From positions 1,116,001 to 1,180,000 of the forward strand of contig OZ024758.1 in assembly GCA_964016885.1 (NCBI GenBank): 64,000 nucleotides of DNA. Direction: 5' to 3'. Below the pieces are notes generated by a model that was not told the DNA's origin, searched no databases, and saw only the letters and a program-made list of their open reading frames with translations. How positions within the stretch are numbered: position 1 is the first letter of the stretch; each line of letters starts with the position of its first letter. Below, in pieces: positions 58,423 to 64,000 of this stretch. A program made the position numbers and the translations under genes. The DNA comes from Eledone cirrhosa. Its lineage: Eukaryota.

Positions 58423-60340
58423 GCATTGAGGTGAAAATATAATAGGCTGATTTCGTCAGGAATTCTAATTAAACCTATGATCGATGACAATTAAGCAACA
58501 ACATAACAACAATCAAACAGACCCCATCCTCTCTCTCTCTCTCTCTCTCTCTTTTTCTCCTTCTCTCTCTCTCACACACTCACAGCCACATAGCCACATA
58601 GATACATACATAAATACATACATTCATACGCACATACATACCTACATACACATACATACATGCATATATACATATACACATATACACATATACACATACA
58701 TACATGCATATATACATATACACATATACACATATACACATACATACATGCATATATACATATACAGATATACGCATTCATACATATATACATATACACA
58801 TGTACACATACACATACATACATATATACATACATGCATATATATACATATACACATACACATACATACATATATACATGCATATACACATATACACATA
58901 CATACATATATACATATACACACATACACATATACACACATACACATATACACATACATACATATACACATATACACATATACACATACACATACATGCA
59001 TACACACATATACACGTACTTACATGCACGCATCTATTACAAACATCAATTTGCTCCTGTTCTCTAAACAGATTGTCTACTTATAAGCTACTATAGGGCT
59101 TTGAAAACACAAGAATAGAATAACTCGATTATTCGCGAGCTGAACTGAGAGAATTAAACATTTATATTCTACAATTTGCATCTCAAGTGAACATTGAATT
59201 AGGACTACGTCCTATGTCACCTTTACAGTAGCTGTTCACATATTGTTATGTTGAAGCAGCAGCACCTGTGAATGGGTCTTGGAGCTCAAGTACCTTGGCT
59301 TGCATTTTGATACGGGTATATTGACATTCACAGACAGACACACACACAGACACGTACACACACACAGTAGCTTTACTGAGGAACAGTTCTTTACTATATT
59401 CAAATAGTAAAGCAGCAAAACTTAAGGTATCTGATCATCAAATGGAGTACACTTTGAGAACTGGAACCAACTGTCTCGACTTGAGAACCAGATCAAATTG
59501 TCTAGAGCTTGAGAATCAGATCAAACGGTCTAAACTTGAGATCGAGTTAAATAACCGGATGGTTGCTTAGTTGTTGATTGTCATCGAAGCTCTTTCGTCA
59601 CACATTATATGACCTCCTCATGGACTACTTTTGTTGTTATTTTGTGTCTTTCCTTTGTTCTATCTATTGATATGTTTGTATAAACAATAAAGTACGTTTT
59701 GTGCGCACGTTTTGAGTTTCATTACTGTATATTTGCAATTGCAGCCCCCTGTATATATGTACATACATAAGATTAACGCATGTCCCATAATCACGTGAGC
59801 AGATGTCACATAAATCACAGAATTCACTTCAGAGTTTGCCTCTCTTAGAAAAGGGGTGTAATAACAGCTGATGATCCACCAGTTCTGGTGGAATTATCGT
59901 GTACCTTGATTCCAATCAAGGAATATTCTTGTGCCAAAACACTGATGGGTTGTTATAAATACTTCTAAGAGGTTCTAGGGCGTTACACGAGTGAAGGTGC
60001 AATCATTTAACTATTCCATAGCTGAGGTAACTAAGGCAACGTGAATTGGGTGCCATTGGTCAAAGATACAACGTGCCCCCGAGATTCACAGCCATGCGGT
60101 CGTGAGTTGAATCACCTTTCAAAGAAACTGTACACCTTCAGAATTATATACATACACACAAACACACAAATGCACACACACCTACACAATATATATATTT
60201 ATATATATATTTATGTATGTGTGTATATGTGGATATGCATGCATGTATGTATGTATGCATGCATTGATGTATATAAGTGTATATGTATGAATATATGTAT
60301 CTCTCTATGTATGTAAGTATACATGTATGTAAGTATGTAC

Positions 60341-60385
<45 letters not shown>

Positions 60386-60428
60386 CATATACATACATAT
60401 ATATACATATATATACATATATATATAT

Positions 60429-60494
<66 letters not shown>

Positions 60495-60628
60495 ACGCAT
60501 GTATGTATATATGCAGGCTGTTTATGAATATTTGAAAGACGTTGACAGGTTATATAGAATGTGGATTTTATTTGAATTCTTTCTGTATTGAAAAAGATAT
60601 ACAGACTCGTAGAAACACATTCATAGAT

Positions 60629-60715
<87 letters not shown>

Positions 60716-61653
60716 AATATATATATGTATATATGAGTGTATGTTTATGTGGGCTGGGTACGTATGTGTGCGTGTCTCTGTGTGTGTTTGAGCGGAGGGT
60801 TGCACGTACGTGTGTGGGTTTGTGCGAGTGTGTATGTACGTGTGTATGTACGTGTGTATGTACGTGTGTATGTACGTGTGTATGTACACGTACATACACA
60901 CATACATGTACGTGTGTATGTACGTGTGTATGTATGTGTATGTGTATGTGTATTGTCATGAGATTCCAGGTGCACTCGCTCAGTATATGTCTCATATTCA
61001 GCCATTGTTTCGTAAAGTTCGGAGTTGATAGGAAAAAGGCTAAACATGGAGAAACGGGGATATTAGAATATAATAACTAGTTCAGTTTTGAGTGATAGAT
61101 GTCGTCGTCCTTCGCATGATATACTCTACTACCTGTAAGTCTCTTCTCTTTAGCAGCTATAAGCTCTTCCAGCGCATCTCCCTTACCATCCTCCGGGGAA
61201 ACTCCTTCTCCATTCTCTCCGCCGGGGCTGTGGGGTGGCCAGCACATGGGACCCCATTTTCTCATAATACAAGACGATGAGGAGGACAGGAGAGATGAAG
61301 GAAATGAGAATAGGTGTTCGGCTCTTCCGTGTTAGGACCTGCTGTGCAGCGTCAGTTGTCCGTGGGGAGGTAGTGGTTTATACTTAGCGAACGTTTTTAG
61401 AACAACATACAAATACATTGAGTTAACATGTGAGTGAAAAACCACGGCTGTGTTTTGTCTCCGCGCGCGTGTGTACGTGTGTGCGCGTGCGCATAAAAGT
61501 AAACACAGAAATTAACATGAGCAGAAATTGCTCCACGGTTCAAAAGTTTGCTTCGCTACATGTGGGTTAATATTCAGCTCCAATGAAGGGAAACGTTGGT
61601 CTGTTACTATAACTTTGAGTTCATTATTGATTTGACAGGGAAATTTGGTACAT

Positions 61654-62006
<353 letters not shown>

Positions 62007-62111
62007 GAAGTTGACAATAGCAGTGAAAATATATTTTAGGGTCTGTTTTTCGCCAAAGTGGCATTATTGAAAAAATGAGAGGGACAATTCTTTTATAATG
62101 TTTATAAAGTA

Positions 62112-62152
<41 letters not shown>

Positions 62153-62298
62153 TAACAGATTAAAGTTTAAGCAAAGAATCGTTGCTTTTACCCTTAATGG
62201 GATCTTCTGAAACTCCTTATCGAGCACTATTTGGATTTTAGTCTTCAAATTTATTATTATTACTATATATATATATAATATCTCTCTCTCACTCTCTC

Positions 62299-62399
<101 letters not shown>

Positions 62400-62694
62400 A
62401 TAGATACATACAAAAAGAAGGTAATCCTTCGTACAGTCTTATATATGGAGAAAATGATAAGAATGACTGTGGTGTTTATGTCCTGTAACACGTGTTGGTC
62501 TAAAGGAGAAGTTTATGATACCAGTATGTAAACAACAGTTCGATGGGTAACTTAGAAAACCTGCAGATAATTTCATCAAATACATATTTCACAAGAGCGA
62601 CTATAAAATTATGATGCTTCCAAAGGTTTGACTACACACACACACGCACACACACATACCGATGTGTATATGTATATATATAGTATATATATAC

Positions 62695-62755
<61 letters not shown>

Positions 62756-63020
62756 TCGGGCCCGATCGATAGAGAACGAACCTTGAGCTGATCAATCGCG
62801 AAACGCGCGTCACACCCGAATACACTTATTACACACACACACTTGTGTATATATTCCCAAAGCGAATCGGCAGCGGACCACTGTTAAAGGTAATCAATAA
62901 GTCAGTAGAGTGTCGCATCTTTATCTTGTATAGAAATCTATTCTACGGGACTAGAGCTGTTTCTTTCGTATGAAATCATCAAGAAAGTCCTGAGGGTTTT
63001 ATAGATATATATATAGAGAG

Positions 63021-63059
<39 letters not shown>

Positions 63060-63467
63060 CGGCGATGAATTAGTTTTGCGAGGTTTTTTATATGAAATCG
63101 TGTGTCGAAACAAATATTGTTATACTTGGGGAGGGTCATATTTGTGTAATATTGCCAGAATTAATAACAGAACACACTCACTGTTTGGTTGGTTTTCGTT
63201 TCTCGCTGTCTTTTATATCGGTAATCTAACTTGCCATTGACTGACCGGCGGTCAAAAATAATACAGATACAATATAGACATGTGTTTGTGTCTATATTGT
63301 ATCTGTATTATTTTTGACCGTCGGTCAGTCAATGGCAACATTGAGGACCGAGTAAGTTAGATTACCGATATAAAAGACAGCGAGAAACGAAAACCAACCA
63401 AACAGTGAGTGTGTTCTGTTATTAATTCTGGGAATATTACACAAATATGACCCTCCCCAAGTATAAC
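63060..63467. mobile_element. Fold-back insert, probable Penelope-like terminus; 63119-63467 forms a hairpin of about 350 nt
   Basis: Outer arms 63119-63232 / 63354-63467, inner arms 63231-63280 / 63289-63338; same family as 3415-3837. Confidence 0.68.
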
Positions 63468-63543
63468 TATATATATATATACATATATATATATACATAT
63501 AAAATACATATATATATATATATATACATATGTATATTTATAT

Positions 63544-63620
<77 letters not shown>

Positions 63621-63658
63621 CCAAGTGAGTATATTGGTTAGAAATATGTGTGTGTGTG

Positions 63659-63741
<83 letters not shown>

Positions 63742-63963
63742 ATAATAATAAAATTGAAGACTAAAATCCAAAGAGGGCTCGATAAGGAAAATATATATCA
63801 AATATATAAGATAAGTTTATCCCGGGTTCAATCGGGGGGTAACCACAGTAAGTAAGGTACTCAATACAAAGCAGAGTATAAATATTTGATATAGAAAAGG
63901 CTTCTACGGAACTAGAACTGTTTCATTCGGGAGAAATCATATATATGCATATATACATATGCA

Positions 63964-64000
<37 letters not shown>

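Overview
Very AT-rich, microsatellite-saturated animal genomic DNA. The SINE types and the dense (TA)n/(CA)n/(GA)n landscape suggest an octopod cephalopod (inference). One 200-N assembly gap lies at 5114-5313. The only well-supported gene is a minus-strand pappalysin (PAPP-A-like metzincin). I traced 18 phase-compatible GT-AG exons between 39350 and 7006 (3785 nt, about 1261 codons) encoding LamG-like, LNR1-2, the M43 protease (HEFGHNLGLWH plus Met-turn), the middle domains and CCP1-3. The signal/propeptide exon(s) and the CCP4-5/LNR3 exons were not found. Almost all other ORFs in the track are microsatellite translations. Introns and flanks hold about 25 copies of one tRNA-derived SINE, several copies of a second SINE, mariner- and hAT-type MITEs (two with visible 8-bp TSDs), and RTE and R4/Dong LINE fragments. 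The most unusual recurring signal is a set of short fold-back (palindromic) inserts embedded in (TA)n arrays. Several carry minimal hammerhead-ribozyme-like cores and a conserved ORF start (MTLPKYNN...), consistent with Penelope-like retroelement termini. Also notable are a two-copy palindromic element with two convergent tRNA-like heads and an intronic 41-bp minisatellite that multiplies a perfect CRE site. All coordinates were counted by hand. Family assignments rely on recalled sequences, not on database searches.
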